DNA of 64,000 nt from an uncultured Pseudomonadales bacterium (GCA_964607285.1 CAZSJW010000002.1:5669-69668); one strand, 5' to 3'. Positions 27,899 to 38,562 are shown, counted from the first letter of the stretch. Numbers and translations: made by a program. The notes: a model not told the origin generated them from the letters alone.

Positions 27899-28532
27899 CG
27901 CTAGACCAGCAGCAATTTTTGATTTTGACGGCACAATTGCAGATACCATGCTAGTAATTGCTGCAAGTTACAATGCACATGCACCTGACTATGGACTACC
28001 ACATGTTGCCCCCGCTGATTATGATCGAATTCGAGAGCAAGGGGCAGCAAAATTCATGAAAAGTTTAGGTCTCTCGGCATTTCGGTTGTTGCGCTTCATA
28101 CAGCTGGTACAACGTGATATGCGCGAAAATATGGAGAAAATCAAGCCTTTTGCTGGGATACCAGAAGTACTGCATAAGCTACACAAAACATACGAACTGG
28201 CAATTGTGACCTCTAATCAAGAGGACATCGTGTCTGCTTTTCTACAACGCCACGATCTGTCTGGAGTTTTTAGCCACATTCGCTGCGAAAAAAACTACTT
28301 TGGCAAAGCACCCATCATTAAAAAAACAGTTCTGGAGCTGGCAAGCTTAGATTCAGCTATATATATCGGTGATGAAGCCCGTGATGTGGTCGCAGCCACC
28401 AAAGCAGGCGTACCCGCAATTTCAGTGACCTGGGGATTTGATTTGGAACCAGCTCTGCTGGCTGCACATCCTGTTGCTATTGCCCACACTCCCCTTGAGC
28501 TGCAAGCTGCCATCACTCACCACTTGGGCTAA
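27891..28532 (+). CDS. HAD-superfamily hydrolase (phosphoglycolate-phosphatase-like)
   Basis: Motif I AAIFDFDGTIADT (DxDGT), motif II VTSN, and a C-terminal GDxxxD-type motif IGDEARDV. ATG at 27891 overlaps the permease stop; the ORF track's 27837 start is an upstream in-frame extension. Confidence 0.7.
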   Translation: MSDARPAAIFDFDGTIADTMLVIAASYNAHAPDYGLPHVAPADYDRIREQGAAKFMKSLGLSAFRLLRFIQLVQRDMRENMEKIKPFAGIPEVLHKLHKTYELAIVTSNQEDIVSAFLQRHDLSGVFSHIRCEKNYFGKAPIIKKTVLELASLDSAIYIGDEARDVVAATKAGVPAISVTWGFDLEPALLAAHPVAIAHTPLELQAAITHHLG

Positions 28533-28558
28533 CCTCAGCAAAGTGCTACTATCAAGGT

Positions 28559-28960
28559 ATGGCTATTCTAAAAAAATTAGTTGTTGTTCTAGTTGTAGTA
28601 GGCGTTGGTTTGGCAATTTGGCACCGAGTCGCACCCGAGCAGTTTGCCAACACCCTTAACCCTGTATCTGCACAGTTGGAAAAACTAGGTATTGCTGGGA
28701 GGTCGCAGTCATTGGGCGCAAGTCTAAGCTCCTCGGCTACGTCTCTAACTGAGAAAAAAGAAACTGCAGCAATGCAGGGAGAATTAAAAACGCTGACAGA
28801 ACGAGGAAAAGTTGCAGTAGAAGAAGCGCAAAAAGTGCTCGGCAAAGCTATTGAGGTTGATGAGAACTCAGACAAGGCTGCGCATGAAAAAGCACTTGAG
28901 TATGGGAAGTATGTGTATTGTAAGCAAGTTGTTGAGGATTGGGAAAAAAACAACGAATAA
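28559..28960 (+). CDS. Hypothetical N-terminally anchored small protein
   Basis: 133 aa. N-terminal TM (LVVVLVVVGVGLAIW), then a charged helical region. Confidence 0.35.
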   Translation: MAILKKLVVVLVVVGVGLAIWHRVAPEQFANTLNPVSAQLEKLGIAGRSQSLGASLSSSATSLTEKKETAAMQGELKTLTERGKVAVEEAQKVLGKAIEVDENSDKAAHEKALEYGKYVYCKQVVEDWEKNNE

Positions 28961-28990
28961 ATATTTTATTACTAAAATCACATTTCAAAT

Positions 28991-29539
28991 ATGCTTGAGC
29001 AAAATGAAATTTTTCTAGAAAATTTTCTTTCAAATCCTGAGAGTGAAGATGCAGACAACTTTGAGCTCGTTGAGGGTCATCAGAATCTTATCCTGACTAC
29101 TGAAAGAAATTATCAAGAACTCAAGTCGCTAACTGATCAACTATTTAATGTTCCTAAAGTTGAAGAACAGAGCTCTCAGAACACAGATGAAAGTAATATT
29201 CATGTCAGAGTAGAACAACTACTTGCTTCACTATCTTCTACGCCTGAGTCTCTACTTGAGAGTGTCCCGCTTGAAACCGAGCTCTTTCAACTGAAGATTC
29301 ATTTGCAAAATGAGTATGAAATCGCAAATCAAAACTATTGGCGACAACGAATGGTCACGCAAGATGTTTCAAACAGCCTGAGTTATTTAGAATGGCAACG
29401 ATTTGAACGTTTCCCAAAGTTACAAAAATCCATTAGAAAAGCATTTCTGGGCATAAAATTGAAAAATGCAGAGAAAAAGAACTTAAGTCTAAAGCAAGGC
29501 AGGTTAAACTACTTAAAGAATACGGAAAAGGTATTTTAA
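28991..29539 (+). CDS. Hypothetical acidic protein, translationally coupled to the next gene
   Basis: 182 aa. Its TAA stop overlaps the ATG of the 1267-aa ORF (TAATG). Confidence 0.35.
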   Translation: MLEQNEIFLENFLSNPESEDADNFELVEGHQNLILTTERNYQELKSLTDQLFNVPKVEEQSSQNTDESNIHVRVEQLLASLSSTPESLLESVPLETELFQLKIHLQNEYEIANQNYWRQRMVTQDVSNSLSYLEWQRFERFPKLQKSIRKAFLGIKLKNAEKKNLSLKQGRLNYLKNTEKVF

Positions 29540-32500
29540 TGGATTCTGCTAAAGCTTTTGAAGTCTTTGCGCAACAGCTGACTATTGACCAATCAGTGCT
29601 TCGACCTATACAGGTGCAATTTATTAGAGAGCAGATCCTGCCAAACCTCACTTCAGATTTGGCTGCAAAAGTAATATCTCAGGAGGATGCCACTGATTTT
29701 TTGAAAAATTTACTTTCATTCTTAGAACATAGAGATTCAGACCAATCTTCAAATGAGTATCTGCTTCAATTGAGAACACACATAAATTATCCAGGAAAGT
29801 TCAACAATTATTTACATGTATGTGGGGAACTGATTAGTAAGACGGATCGCCAGCAAGTACAATTTCTGGTTCAACATGAAGCACATATTGAGATGCTCAG
29901 AATAAAAGAGATTTTGAACTCTGTTAACAGTCACGCAAACTGGAGTTCACACCGAGATAGCTCAATAGGGAATCATATTCAAGTTAAAAGCACTCTACCA
30001 TTCCCCTTTATTCCAAAACCTTTAGCATTCGATCAGTACGGGAACATAAATGAAAAAATCAATTTCAATTTTTGGAGGGCAGTAAACACTTCTGAGAGCC
30101 TGAAACCCATATATGGAGAGCTTCTTGTTCAACAAGATGCAGAGTTATACAGTCAAATTATAGACAAGTCACTCAATGATAATGAAGGCACTTACATTCA
30201 AAAATTAATTGACTTTCCGAAACCCGATAGTATTCATACTTTGTGTCTTATTGCAGCTGCAGATTATCAAAACTACCGAACGTACCATGCCAACAGTGTC
30301 TTGCATCGTTTAGCAAAAAGATCAGATTGGCCTACTCTGGTCGACGCAGCAATATCACAACATCCACACCTTGAGAGGGTAAAAGATCAACTATTGGGCT
30401 GGGATTTTAGCGGATACAACAGCAACACATCTTTCAGACAATCATTTAGTAACGTAGCTTTCGACATTGTAAGTCAAAGCGATGAGAATACAGATCATAG
30501 AGTATTTAAACTAGCTGCCGAAAGCTTGCCCAACCAGAATCTCATACCTAAGATCAAAGAAAGCAAAGAGCTAAGTGATGAACAGGTAGAATTGCTAAGA
30601 AACGCACTTGTAATTGCGGAAACAACCGTACATACAAACTACACTGGGTATGCTTTTGGTAATACGTTCCGTCGTTGGGCAATCATTTTAGCTTCAGACA
30701 AAACACAAACTGACATCGCTCGTCAGACATTAAGCTCACTTGCATCCTTATCAAAAGAAATAATTAAACAAAAATCTAATCCGATACTGCTCGATTACTT
30801 TCTAACCACAGCCGTTTCACTGCTGGATGTAGGACAAGATGCTGAGACATTGGAAGCAATTGCACAGTATCCACAACTTTGCCCAGCAGCCTTTGAGGGG
30901 GAAGGTAAGAATATATCTAGCGTGTACGTATCTGAGTTGTTTAAAAAAAACCCAGAGCTACTAAAAGTTCGTTCACTACCCTCGGTAAACAATTTGCTAG
31001 CCGCATATAAAAATAATGACTCTATATTATCTGAGATAATTTCATTATTAAGCAATAATTCAATTTCCATAGAAAGAGCAACGGAGCTACCAAGTCTGCA
31101 CCCCAATCTCTTCCTAAACCACCGCTTCTATCTTGCGGCCGCATATCCTGCAATATATCTCTCCGACACTAAAGCTGTAAACTTCTTTTTCGAGTTGGAA
31201 ACTATTTACTCAGAAATGGATACTACGCTGGTATATGAAGTATCAAAAGGAATTGACAAAGGTCTGCCAAAAGATCTTGCAAAAATACTGCCTAAGCAGT
31301 TACCAATTATTTTTGATGTCACCATGAACTTTGCGCGCGCAAGTTTATTCGACAAGCCACACCTAGCATTGCGAGACATGCGGCAAGTCAAGTTTTTGAA
31401 AGAATTTATAGGAAAACATGGACCCTTAGCAAATCAACTGATATCAGATTGGACATATTGTTTACAGCAAGAAGCGATTATGCCAAATGACACAGATATT
31501 GTTATGGAATTTTGCGACAAATTCAGACTAATGACACCAGAAATTATAGGTGGTTATAAAATTGCCAGAGAAAATGGTCAAGGAGATGTGTACTTAGATT
31601 CAGTCATGAATTCTGCCCAGTCATTAATTAGAAGTGTTCCACCAACAGAAACTGAACGAGGTTTGCCATATTATGCTGCACTGGTACGGGGCATTTTTCC
31701 AAACAATGCTGGCCAGTATGGCAAGTATGAGGCTATAGCTAGTTGTAGTGATAGGTCAAGTGATATTGAAAAATACAAGTTTGAGGAGAGATACATTCTT
31801 GATTTAGTTGACGTAACTAGCATCAAGTTAAAAGAAGGTGAAACTTTATCTAAAGAAGCTATTCATCCAATCACCGATGTTATTTACCAGATTGCACATC
31901 ATTTTGAATCGCAAACTTACGAACCAGAAAAAATGCAAGCTCAACTTGCTCAGGAAGTAGAGGCTGTAATGTTGACAGCACTACAATCACCAGACAAAGA
32001 ACTCAATCAGCAGCTATCAGCAGCCAACTCTATTGAAGAAAAACTGTTTTTACTACTTGCAGCGGTTAAGTATGGCAAAATGAAACATTTAGAACCTACT
32101 GTAAAACAGTTGCTGATCACTTATGAATTTGCATACTTCCAAGACGTACGTGAGTACATAAACGGTACAAACGATCGAGTGAACGGTTCTTTAAATCCTG
32201 ATTATTCCTTGCTTACTGAGCTACATTCTTTCTATGCAGATAGACTAAAAGAAATTAATAGGAAAATTATTAAATCAGCTTGGCAAAATACAGCAATCCA
32301 AAATTATCTAAAGGATGTATATAAAAAACTTGCGCAAGAAAAAGTAGTTGAAGAAAAATATGTACTTTCAAAAAAATTGAGAATAGAGAATCTTGGTATC
32401 AGTGAACCATTTCTCAAGCGAATTGCTGCAACGCTAAAGAATAAAAATGGTAGGGAGTCCTCTGTTGAAAAAGTCGCATCTCTCATTAATCGCTATGAGC

Positions 32501-33342
32501 GAATGACAATGGGGTTTACCCAACATAATAATGCTAGTGATGGCAATGAGGCACAGGCAATCATAGGTCAAATAGTTGCTCAAAAAAATAAATCTATTGC
32601 AGCTTGGCAAGCATTAACTGGTGAGCAGCTTGACCCAAGCCAAGTCTTCTTAAATGAAATCAACCTTTCGCAGTACATGGACCACATAACTCGGAATTTT
32701 GAGGGAACAATCTCCGACGAAGGATATGCCAGCTACACTGGAGAACTATTTGCGTCAGTCTATGAGGAGGAAATGCTCATCTTGGAAGGAGAACTAGATA
32801 AATTTGTCAGCAAATCAGGTAAAAAACGCAGAGTTCTAAATGGTTTTATTTCTAAAACCAAAGAGAGTGCGCATGCCCGAATGGTTGGTGGTGTCTGCGT
32901 CAGTCGAGATACACCAAGCAACAATACTGAAAACATGTGGGACATGGAAAACTACTTTCAATTTGTCTACCAAGATCCTGAAACATTGCGCTGCGTTGGG
33001 CTTTGCCTACTACATGAATATAGTGATCAAGGGAAGAAAATATTGACCGTCTCCATTAACCCTTCTGCCACATACCTACAAAATATTGATGAAAAAGTTC
33101 TTTTTGATAAAACACTAATTGAGTTAGCAAAATTTGCTAAGAGTAATGGCTTCGATATGATATGTTCATCTAGTAACGAGGCAATCAGGACTAATCGGAC
33201 TGGCGGACTATTTGAAAAAGCCTTTAAAGCTCATGTGGAAAGAATTAATAAAAAGTTCACTTTTTCAGAAGCAAAAATTTTCTCATATAATCCCGCCTAT
33301 TCCATGAAGGAAATGGATATATTGTGGGAAAATGGCAGCTAA
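29539..33342 (+). CDS. Very large hypothetical cytoplasmic protein (1267 aa) without recognisable catalytic motifs
   Basis: Long uninterrupted ORF with coding-like composition. No TM and no Walker or other motif recognised. The C-terminal ~150 aa (…VGGVCVSRD…CVGLCLLHEY…) looks like a compact alpha/beta domain. Confidence 0.45.
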   Translation: MDSAKAFEVFAQQLTIDQSVLRPIQVQFIREQILPNLTSDLAAKVISQEDATDFLKNLLSFLEHRDSDQSSNEYLLQLRTHINYPGKFNNYLHVCGELISKTDRQQVQFLVQHEAHIEMLRIKEILNSVNSHANWSSHRDSSIGNHIQVKSTLPFPFIPKPLAFDQYGNINEKINFNFWRAVNTSESLKPIYGELLVQQDAELYSQIIDKSLNDNEGTYIQKLIDFPKPDSIHTLCLIAAADYQNYRTYHANSVLHRLAKRSDWPTLVDAAISQHPHLERVKDQLLGWDFSGYNSNTSFRQSFSNVAFDIVSQSDENTDHRVFKLAAESLPNQNLIPKIKESKELSDEQVELLRNALVIAETTVHTNYTGYAFGNTFRRWAIILASDKTQTDIARQTLSSLASLSKEIIKQKSNPILLDYFLTTAVSLLDVGQDAETLEAIAQYPQLCPAAFEGEGKNISSVYVSELFKKNPELLKVRSLPSVNNLLAAYKNNDSILSEIISLLSNNSISIERATELPSLHPNLFLNHRFYLAAAYPAIYLSDTKAVNFFFELETIYSEMDTTLVYEVSKGIDKGLPKDLAKILPKQLPIIFDVTMNFARASLFDKPHLALRDMRQVKFLKEFIGKHGPLANQLISDWTYCLQQEAIMPNDTDIVMEFCDKFRLMTPEIIGGYKIARENGQGDVYLDSVMNSAQSLIRSVPPTETERGLPYYAALVRGIFPNNAGQYGKYEAIASCSDRSSDIEKYKFEERYILDLVDVTSIKLKEGETLSKEAIHPITDVIYQIAHHFESQTYEPEKMQAQLAQEVEAVMLTALQSPDKELNQQLSAANSIEEKLFLLLAAVKYGKMKHLEPTVKQLLITYEFAYFQDVREYINGTNDRVNGSLNPDYSLLTELHSFYADRLKEINRKIIKSAWQNTAIQNYLKDVYKKLAQEKVVEEKYVLSKKLRIENLGISEPFLKRIAATLKNKNGRESSVEKVASLINRYERMTMGFTQHNNASDGNEAQAIIGQIVAQKNKSIAAWQALTGEQLDPSQVFLNEINLSQYMDHITRNFEGTISDEGYASYTGELFASVYEEEMLILEGELDKFVSKSGKKRRVLNGFISKTKESAHARMVGGVCVSRDTPSNNTENMWDMENYFQFVYQDPETLRCVGLCLLHEYSDQGKKILTVSINPSATYLQNIDEKVLFDKTLIELAKFAKSNGFDMICSSSNEAIRTNRTGGLFEKAFKAHVERINKKFTFSEAKIFSYNPAYSMKEMDILWENGS

Positions 33343-33395
33343 GAATACTTGAATAACTATTCTATACACAAAGCTGCTACTGCTCGCTGATTCAG

Positions 33396-35783
33396 CTACA
33401 AATTACTCCTACTCTGAATCTCAATCTCCACAGCCTCACGATCCTTGCCATACGTCAGCCGTGATAAGTCCTTAATCATTTCTGCTTGCTTGGGGTTCAT
33501 CCGCGCCATCACCGCATCCATGTCCTTTTGCAAAGACATACTAAACGGTGGCACAGGCTCGTTTTTGACGATGGTTTTAATGTAAACATGATATTTCTCA
33601 ATGTTTGTTAAGTCATTTTCATTAAATGTCGGTGCAAACTCGTGCTGCAAGAAGTTTGCATCTGGCACACCAACGCGGAAGGAAACCATTGTACCGACGT
33701 TTCCAAACACTGCATTCTTTACTTCTTCATCAATCTGCCCAATAAACTGATTGGCAACAATGAGACTCAAACGATACTTACGAGCTTCAGACAAAATCAC
33801 CGCAAAGTCCTCGGTGGCATAGTTCTGGAACTCGTCCACATACAGGAAAAAGTCCTTGCGGTCCGCCATGGGAATATCTTGCCGACTCATTGCGGCAGTA
33901 AGCACTTTCGGCACTAGGATCAAACCTAAAAACTTAGCATCTTCTTCTCCCAAAATACCCTTGGACAAGTTGCACAAAATGATTTTTTCAGCATCCATTG
34001 CCTGGCGAATATTGAATGAGCTTTCTGGCTGACCAATAATATTACGCATAGTTTTGTTGGTCACAAAGCGACCAAACTTGGACACAATGTAGTCCAGAAC
34101 TTCAGACTTATGAAAGTCGGAGGTTTGGGCAATTTGATCAGTCCAATAGCGTTTCACCACTGGATCTTTCACAATTGGCAGCAACTGGTCGACATACTTA
34201 CTATCAGTCAAAGCGCGCACTAACTCAATAAACGTGGTGCCTTTTTTATACATGATAGTCAACATAGCATTGCGAATAGCATGCTCAAACCGCGGACCGA
34301 TAATACCTGTGCGGTGCGGATCGTACAACTTATACATAAGCCCGATGACTGAACCAACCACAAAGTGACGCTGTTCTTCTGTGTCTGCTTCCATCATGTT
34401 CAGACCCATTGGTCGAGTCAAATCTGACGGATTAAAGTAGATCACATCGTCTGCGCGCTCGGGCGGCATGAGCTGTAAAATATCCTCCACAAACTCACCA
34501 TGAGGATCAATTGCACAGACACCTTTGCCATTTTCGATGTCCTGCAAGATCATTTCTTTCAAAAACTCTGACTTACCAGTACCTGTTTTACCAATAATGT
34601 ACATGTGACGCCGTCTGTCATCTTCGGAAATATGTACTTCACGAACTTCACCCCGATATTTTGATTTGCCCAAGCGCAAACCAGTGGTAGGGATATTGTG
34701 CGGTGCGGGAGCATGTTTCGCGGTCAACCATCGAATATGATGTGTTTCCACCGTTTTGTTTGGCAGATGGAAAATTGTAGCTAGTTCCTCAGGGTTTAGG
34801 ATAAACGTGCCTTTGTTGAAAAGAGGCATATATCGATAAATAAAATCAATCATGTACAGCTGTTTAATCCAAACTCTGTGACGCTTAAACGTGTTGTATG
34901 CAGAGGTAAACTGGGCAAATGCACCAGTGATGTTATTCATGTGAGACTCAGCTGAGTCTTCTTTTTGTGCAGATACCAAAACTCTCAGAGATACTCGAAA
35001 TCCTGGCTTTTCGATTTTATTGCTGATACTCTCCATCTCCTTAGGGTCATGGCCATAGGTTGCTTTTTGAGGGTCTGCTTCTCGTTTTTTCTCACGCTGT
35101 ATGTACGAGCGTGCTTGATTTTGCCATCTTTTGCCTGTGGGCTGGAGCAGTAACTGTACTATTGCGCCTTCACCCTCGCTCATTTTAGAAAGTGCTGAAG
35201 TAAGTAAAGACAAACCATCGGTGGGGAGATCCTTGTAGTTCTTGAGCGGGTAATAACTTGCTTTCTCAAGTGTCAGACTTGCAAAAGATACTCTACCTTT
35301 TTCACTGAAAATATTGACTTCATCGGTCTCTTTTATGTCTGCATTTGGGTAGGCTCCATGAATTTGTTTTTCAACTAAGTCGCGTATTCGTTTCGGACAG
35401 TTTACATAAAATGCAATTTCTTCCTTAAGGGCCACGATTTCAAAAGAAAATATGTCCTCTACTTTAGTCCAAGCCCAAAAACCATGTTTCTTCAAAGAGT
35501 ACAATCCCGCGAACATTTGCTCTGCTGCATCAATCTTAATTTCATTTTCTTTTGGAAGGCGAACCAATAACGTAACAAAATCCAGTGAGTATGCCTCTCT
35601 ATTGCGATGCTTCCACCACTGGAACAACATATATAAGAAAACAAGTATGATCGCACTAGATAGTACAATCAGTATGAAACTGGAAATCAAGCCAACAGCT
35701 GAACCAGTTAGGTCAGTTGTGGCTAGTGTTTTTGCTGTATCAACTGCAGTTTTTGCTGCACCCTCAGCTGCGTTTGGTTCCAT
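33396..35783 (-). CDS. Membrane-anchored P-loop ATPase of the type IV secretion/conjugation family (VirB4/VirD4/TraG-like, DUF87/AAA_10-type)
   Basis: 795 aa. N-terminal TM hairpin (LISSFILIVLSSAIILVFLYMLFQWW). Walker A IIGKTGTGKSE followed by AIDPHGEF, and Walker B FFLYVDEFQNY. This architecture matches T4SS ATPases or coupling proteins. Confidence 0.55.
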   Translation of the reverse strand: MEPNAAEGAAKTAVDTAKTLATTDLTGSAVGLISSFILIVLSSAIILVFLYMLFQWWKHRNREAYSLDFVTLLVRLPKENEIKIDAAEQMFAGLYSLKKHGFWAWTKVEDIFSFEIVALKEEIAFYVNCPKRIRDLVEKQIHGAYPNADIKETDEVNIFSEKGRVSFASLTLEKASYYPLKNYKDLPTDGLSLLTSALSKMSEGEGAIVQLLLQPTGKRWQNQARSYIQREKKREADPQKATYGHDPKEMESISNKIEKPGFRVSLRVLVSAQKEDSAESHMNNITGAFAQFTSAYNTFKRHRVWIKQLYMIDFIYRYMPLFNKGTFILNPEELATIFHLPNKTVETHHIRWLTAKHAPAPHNIPTTGLRLGKSKYRGEVREVHISEDDRRRHMYIIGKTGTGKSEFLKEMILQDIENGKGVCAIDPHGEFVEDILQLMPPERADDVIYFNPSDLTRPMGLNMMEADTEEQRHFVVGSVIGLMYKLYDPHRTGIIGPRFEHAIRNAMLTIMYKKGTTFIELVRALTDSKYVDQLLPIVKDPVVKRYWTDQIAQTSDFHKSEVLDYIVSKFGRFVTNKTMRNIIGQPESSFNIRQAMDAEKIILCNLSKGILGEEDAKFLGLILVPKVLTAAMSRQDIPMADRKDFFLYVDEFQNYATEDFAVILSEARKYRLSLIVANQFIGQIDEEVKNAVFGNVGTMVSFRVGVPDANFLQHEFAPTFNENDLTNIEKYHVYIKTIVKNEPVPPFSMSLQKDMDAVMARMNPKQAEMIKDLSRLTYGKDREAVEIEIQSRSNL

Positions 35784-35801
35784 AGATCCTATGTTGTATA
35801 A

Positions 35802-36629
35802 CTACTCTTTCGCCTCTACCTGGCGATATATTACTTTCCCTGCAAACATTTTTATTATTTTGTGGCTCCACTCTACTAGCCATCGAATACTAAACTTAGC
35901 ACTTTTTTTCTGTCCTTCATCTTCAATTGCTTCAGTAATTGGCAAAACAACCACTGGCCGAGTTGGATATGCCGCTTTTGGCTGTTCAGTTGTACCATCC
36001 GCAATCACCACCTCATGTGGTGAGGTTTCAGTGTGATCAGTAACTCTCTGTATGAAGCTTTCAACCTCCACCGGAATTTCTGGGCTTGGTTCTTGCTCCA
36101 CGTACTGAACGCCCGCCGCTAACTCTGTAGCATGTTGATCACTAGATACAGCCCGCTCCTTTGCAACTGGTCTACTCGGCATGCCTATTGGGTTTAGCGT
36201 GTTCGCTCCAGCTGCAACCGCGATTGGCAAAGCTTGGTCGAGTACAGTGGGTTGTACAGATGGTGTGGGCGAAGCCACTGGCTGCGGCGGAACGGACTGT
36301 GCTACTGCTGGTTTTTCTGCTTCAATTTGATCGAGTACGGCACTCAAAATATCTAATTTTTGCCCATCGGGAACTTCTACTACTGGAATCTCAATATCTG
36401 ACTGCTGCTGGGGCAAAGCAGCCTGGACTGCGGTAGGCGCATCAGGAGTATTAGGCACAACAGGAACAGTAGGTGCTACTGGAACTGCTTGCTGCGAAAT
36501 TGGCTGCGCAGACACTACAGGATTCGTATTGATCGCTCCAAAGGTAGATCTTAGTTTTGTCCCCAAGGGAACAGGTGACACAGTGTTCTGTGGCAGAGTG
36601 CCAGAAGGCACTGCAGAAACGTCTTGCAT
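35802..36629 (-). CDS. Pro/Val/Ala-rich low-complexity protein, co-transcribed upstream of the T4SS-like ATPase
   Basis: 275 aa, PVV/PTV/PQP-rich. A C-terminal amphipathic segment FSIRWLVEWSHKIIKMF is the only structured-looking part. Confidence 0.35.
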   Translation of the reverse strand: MQDVSAVPSGTLPQNTVSPVPLGTKLRSTFGAINTNPVVSAQPISQQAVPVAPTVPVVPNTPDAPTAVQAALPQQQSDIEIPVVEVPDGQKLDILSAVLDQIEAEKPAVAQSVPPQPVASPTPSVQPTVLDQALPIAVAAGANTLNPIGMPSRPVAKERAVSSDQHATELAAGVQYVEQEPSPEIPVEVESFIQRVTDHTETSPHEVVIADGTTEQPKAAYPTRPVVVLPITEAIEDEGQKKSAKFSIRWLVEWSHKIIKMFAGKVIYRQVEAKE

Positions 36630-36695
36630 GGTACAAATACTATAGCATCTTTTAGCACCTAGGAAATCCGAAAAACTATCTCAAACAGACATATT

Positions 36696-37256
36696 TTACT
36701 CATAGAGAATTAGTTTTGAACCATCATTGATACCTAGTCTCTGAGCTTCCCCCGCAGGTAACTCTAACACTAGCTCAATATCTTGTGGTGATCTGTAGCT
36801 TTCTAGTGAAAATATTGGTGTGCTTAATTTTGGATGTGGCACCTCTCTTTCAATCCCAACAACAAAACCTTTACTCAGCCAAACAATATCCAAATCAAAC
36901 TGCATCTCTTTCATCCAGAAACTAGTCTGAACTGCTGTGGGAAATACAAAAAGCATGCCATCTGCTCCGATATTGCTTCGGTTGCTCAAACCCTGAGTAA
37001 TGCTTTCCCCAGTATTCACCACTTCAACCTCAAGGGGCCTACCATCTATAACTACGGTTTGTTTTGATGTATCTGGCACACTAAGTAAGTGCCGCCAAGT
37101 TGTAGTAAATTCAGTATCCTTGGTACTCAACACAGCCACTCCATTTCCATCAGTAAACTTAAGGCGAACTTGACTATACACAAGTAACCCACAGCCCACA
37201 AGCAATGCTGCAGCTATAGTTAACAACAAAAACCTACCTGTTTTTATTTGATTCAT
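36696..37256 (-). CDS. DUF192 (COG1430) domain protein with an N-terminal TM anchor
   Basis: GMLFVFP....FWMKEMQFDLDIVWL matches the DUF192 core (…MLFVF…FWMKNT.IPLDIIF). Confidence 0.5.
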   Translation of the reverse strand: MNQIKTGRFLLLTIAAALLVGCGLLVYSQVRLKFTDGNGVAVLSTKDTEFTTTWRHLLSVPDTSKQTVVIDGRPLEVEVVNTGESITQGLSNRSNIGADGMLFVFPTAVQTSFWMKEMQFDLDIVWLSKGFVVGIEREVPHPKLSTPIFSLESYRSPQDIELVLELPAGEAQRLGINDGSKLILYE

Positions 37257-38076
37257 GTCTCTTTTTTAAGTACACGTTGAAAACTCCAAAGCTCACTAAA
37301 AAAACTATACTAGCAAACAACACTAGCTGATTTATAGACATACCAAGAGCAACTCTGCGCACATCGATTCTCAAAAAATCTAGTAAAAATCTGAGTAAGG
37401 AGTAATACACCAGGTAGAAGTAAAACACAGTGCCATCCCCAATTTTTTTACTGATCCCACGTACATGTAACCAAATAAAAAGCCCAAAGCCCATCATAGC
37501 AATCCCTTCATATGCAAATAATGGATGAAAGTAACTGACATCTTTATACCCAGTAACTCTCTGTCTTTCAGCAATGTGAATGGCCCAAGGCAAATTGCTA
37601 GGAGCACCGTACAACTCTTGATTGATAAAGTTTGCAAACCGCCCAATGGCTTGGGCAAAGGGCAAACCAATCGCTATGAGATCAAAGACTAAAAACAAGG
37701 GGATTGTGTTCTTACCAAAGTAACGTAAACATCTGTGTATAACACTAATACCAACCAGCATACCAACAATTCCTCCCAATATACTTGCTCCACCTTCCCA
37801 TATGTGTAGTACCGCAGAAAATTGAGAGCGATACAAATTCCAATCAGTTATCACATGCCAGATGCGTGCACCAATTACTCCACCAAGTACTCCCCCATAC
37901 ACATATGGGTTCAGTAAGCTTTTTGCAATTCCAAGTCTCTTGGCGTAATTTGAGCTCAGTGTATAAAATACAACTCCAGCGATACCAAGTATTAATCCAT
38001 ACATATAGAAATGAATTGGTCCGATCGTGAATGCCGTAGGTAGCCCATATGGACCTGAAAACTGTGCTGTCACCAT
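37234..38076 (-). CDS. lgt: Prolipoprotein diacylglyceryl transferase
   Basis: Multi-TM protein with the Lgt signature GRFANFINQELYG (G-R-x-x-N-x-x-N-x-E-x-x-G) and an N-terminal HFYMYGLILGIAGVVFY segment. Confidence 0.8.
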   Translation of the reverse strand: MVTAQFSGPYGLPTAFTIGPIHFYMYGLILGIAGVVFYTLSSNYAKRLGIAKSLLNPYVYGGVLGGVIGARIWHVITDWNLYRSQFSAVLHIWEGGASILGGIVGMLVGISVIHRCLRYFGKNTIPLFLVFDLIAIGLPFAQAIGRFANFINQELYGAPSNLPWAIHIAERQRVTGYKDVSYFHPLFAYEGIAMMGFGLFIWLHVRGISKKIGDGTVFYFYLVYYSLLRFLLDFLRIDVRRVALGMSINQLVLFASIVFLVSFGVFNVYLKKRHESNKNR

Positions 38077-38561
38077 ACAAATAAAAAACTAAAAGTAACA
38101 AGAAACAACACCATACCAAGCACTATCCGCTGCACCTCCAAATCACTCAATGAACGCTGGAGCTGCCATAAATATTTCTCACTAATTTGTTGTGGTTCAG
38201 AATACAACATGACCATTTCTGAAACCAAGCTGGAAGTAATACCTAAAAACAACCCTATAGCAAGCACACTTGCTGTTGAAGTCAGCACAAAAACTCCAAT
38301 AGGAATCAGTAACAAAACAAAAAGAATAGAACGAGTCAGAGGCCTCACAATGTCTGTTGGCTCTGTATATAACGAAGCAAGCCATACATCATCAGCAATC
38401 ACCATTAGGGTACCGATGCTGATACCAAAAATAAAGAAACCGAGTTCAATCAGACCCGCCTCCTCTTCCCAAACAAACAATCGGTACAGACCAATGTACA
38501 GCAAAACTAATAGTGCCTGAAACAGAATTCTTAGTATTGGTTTCTGCAACGTTTGACGCAT
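38070..38561 (-). CDS. Hypothetical integral membrane protein
   Basis: 163 aa, four predicted TM helices. Overlaps the lgt start. Confidence 0.35.
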   Translation of the reverse strand: MRQTLQKPILRILFQALLVLLYIGLYRLFVWEEEAGLIELGFFIFGISIGTLMVIADDVWLASLYTEPTDIVRPLTRSILFVLLLIPIGVFVLTSTASVLAIGLFLGITSSLVSEMVMLYSEPQQISEKYLWQLQRSLSDLEVQRIVLGMVLFLVTFSFLFVW

Positions 38562-38562
38562 A

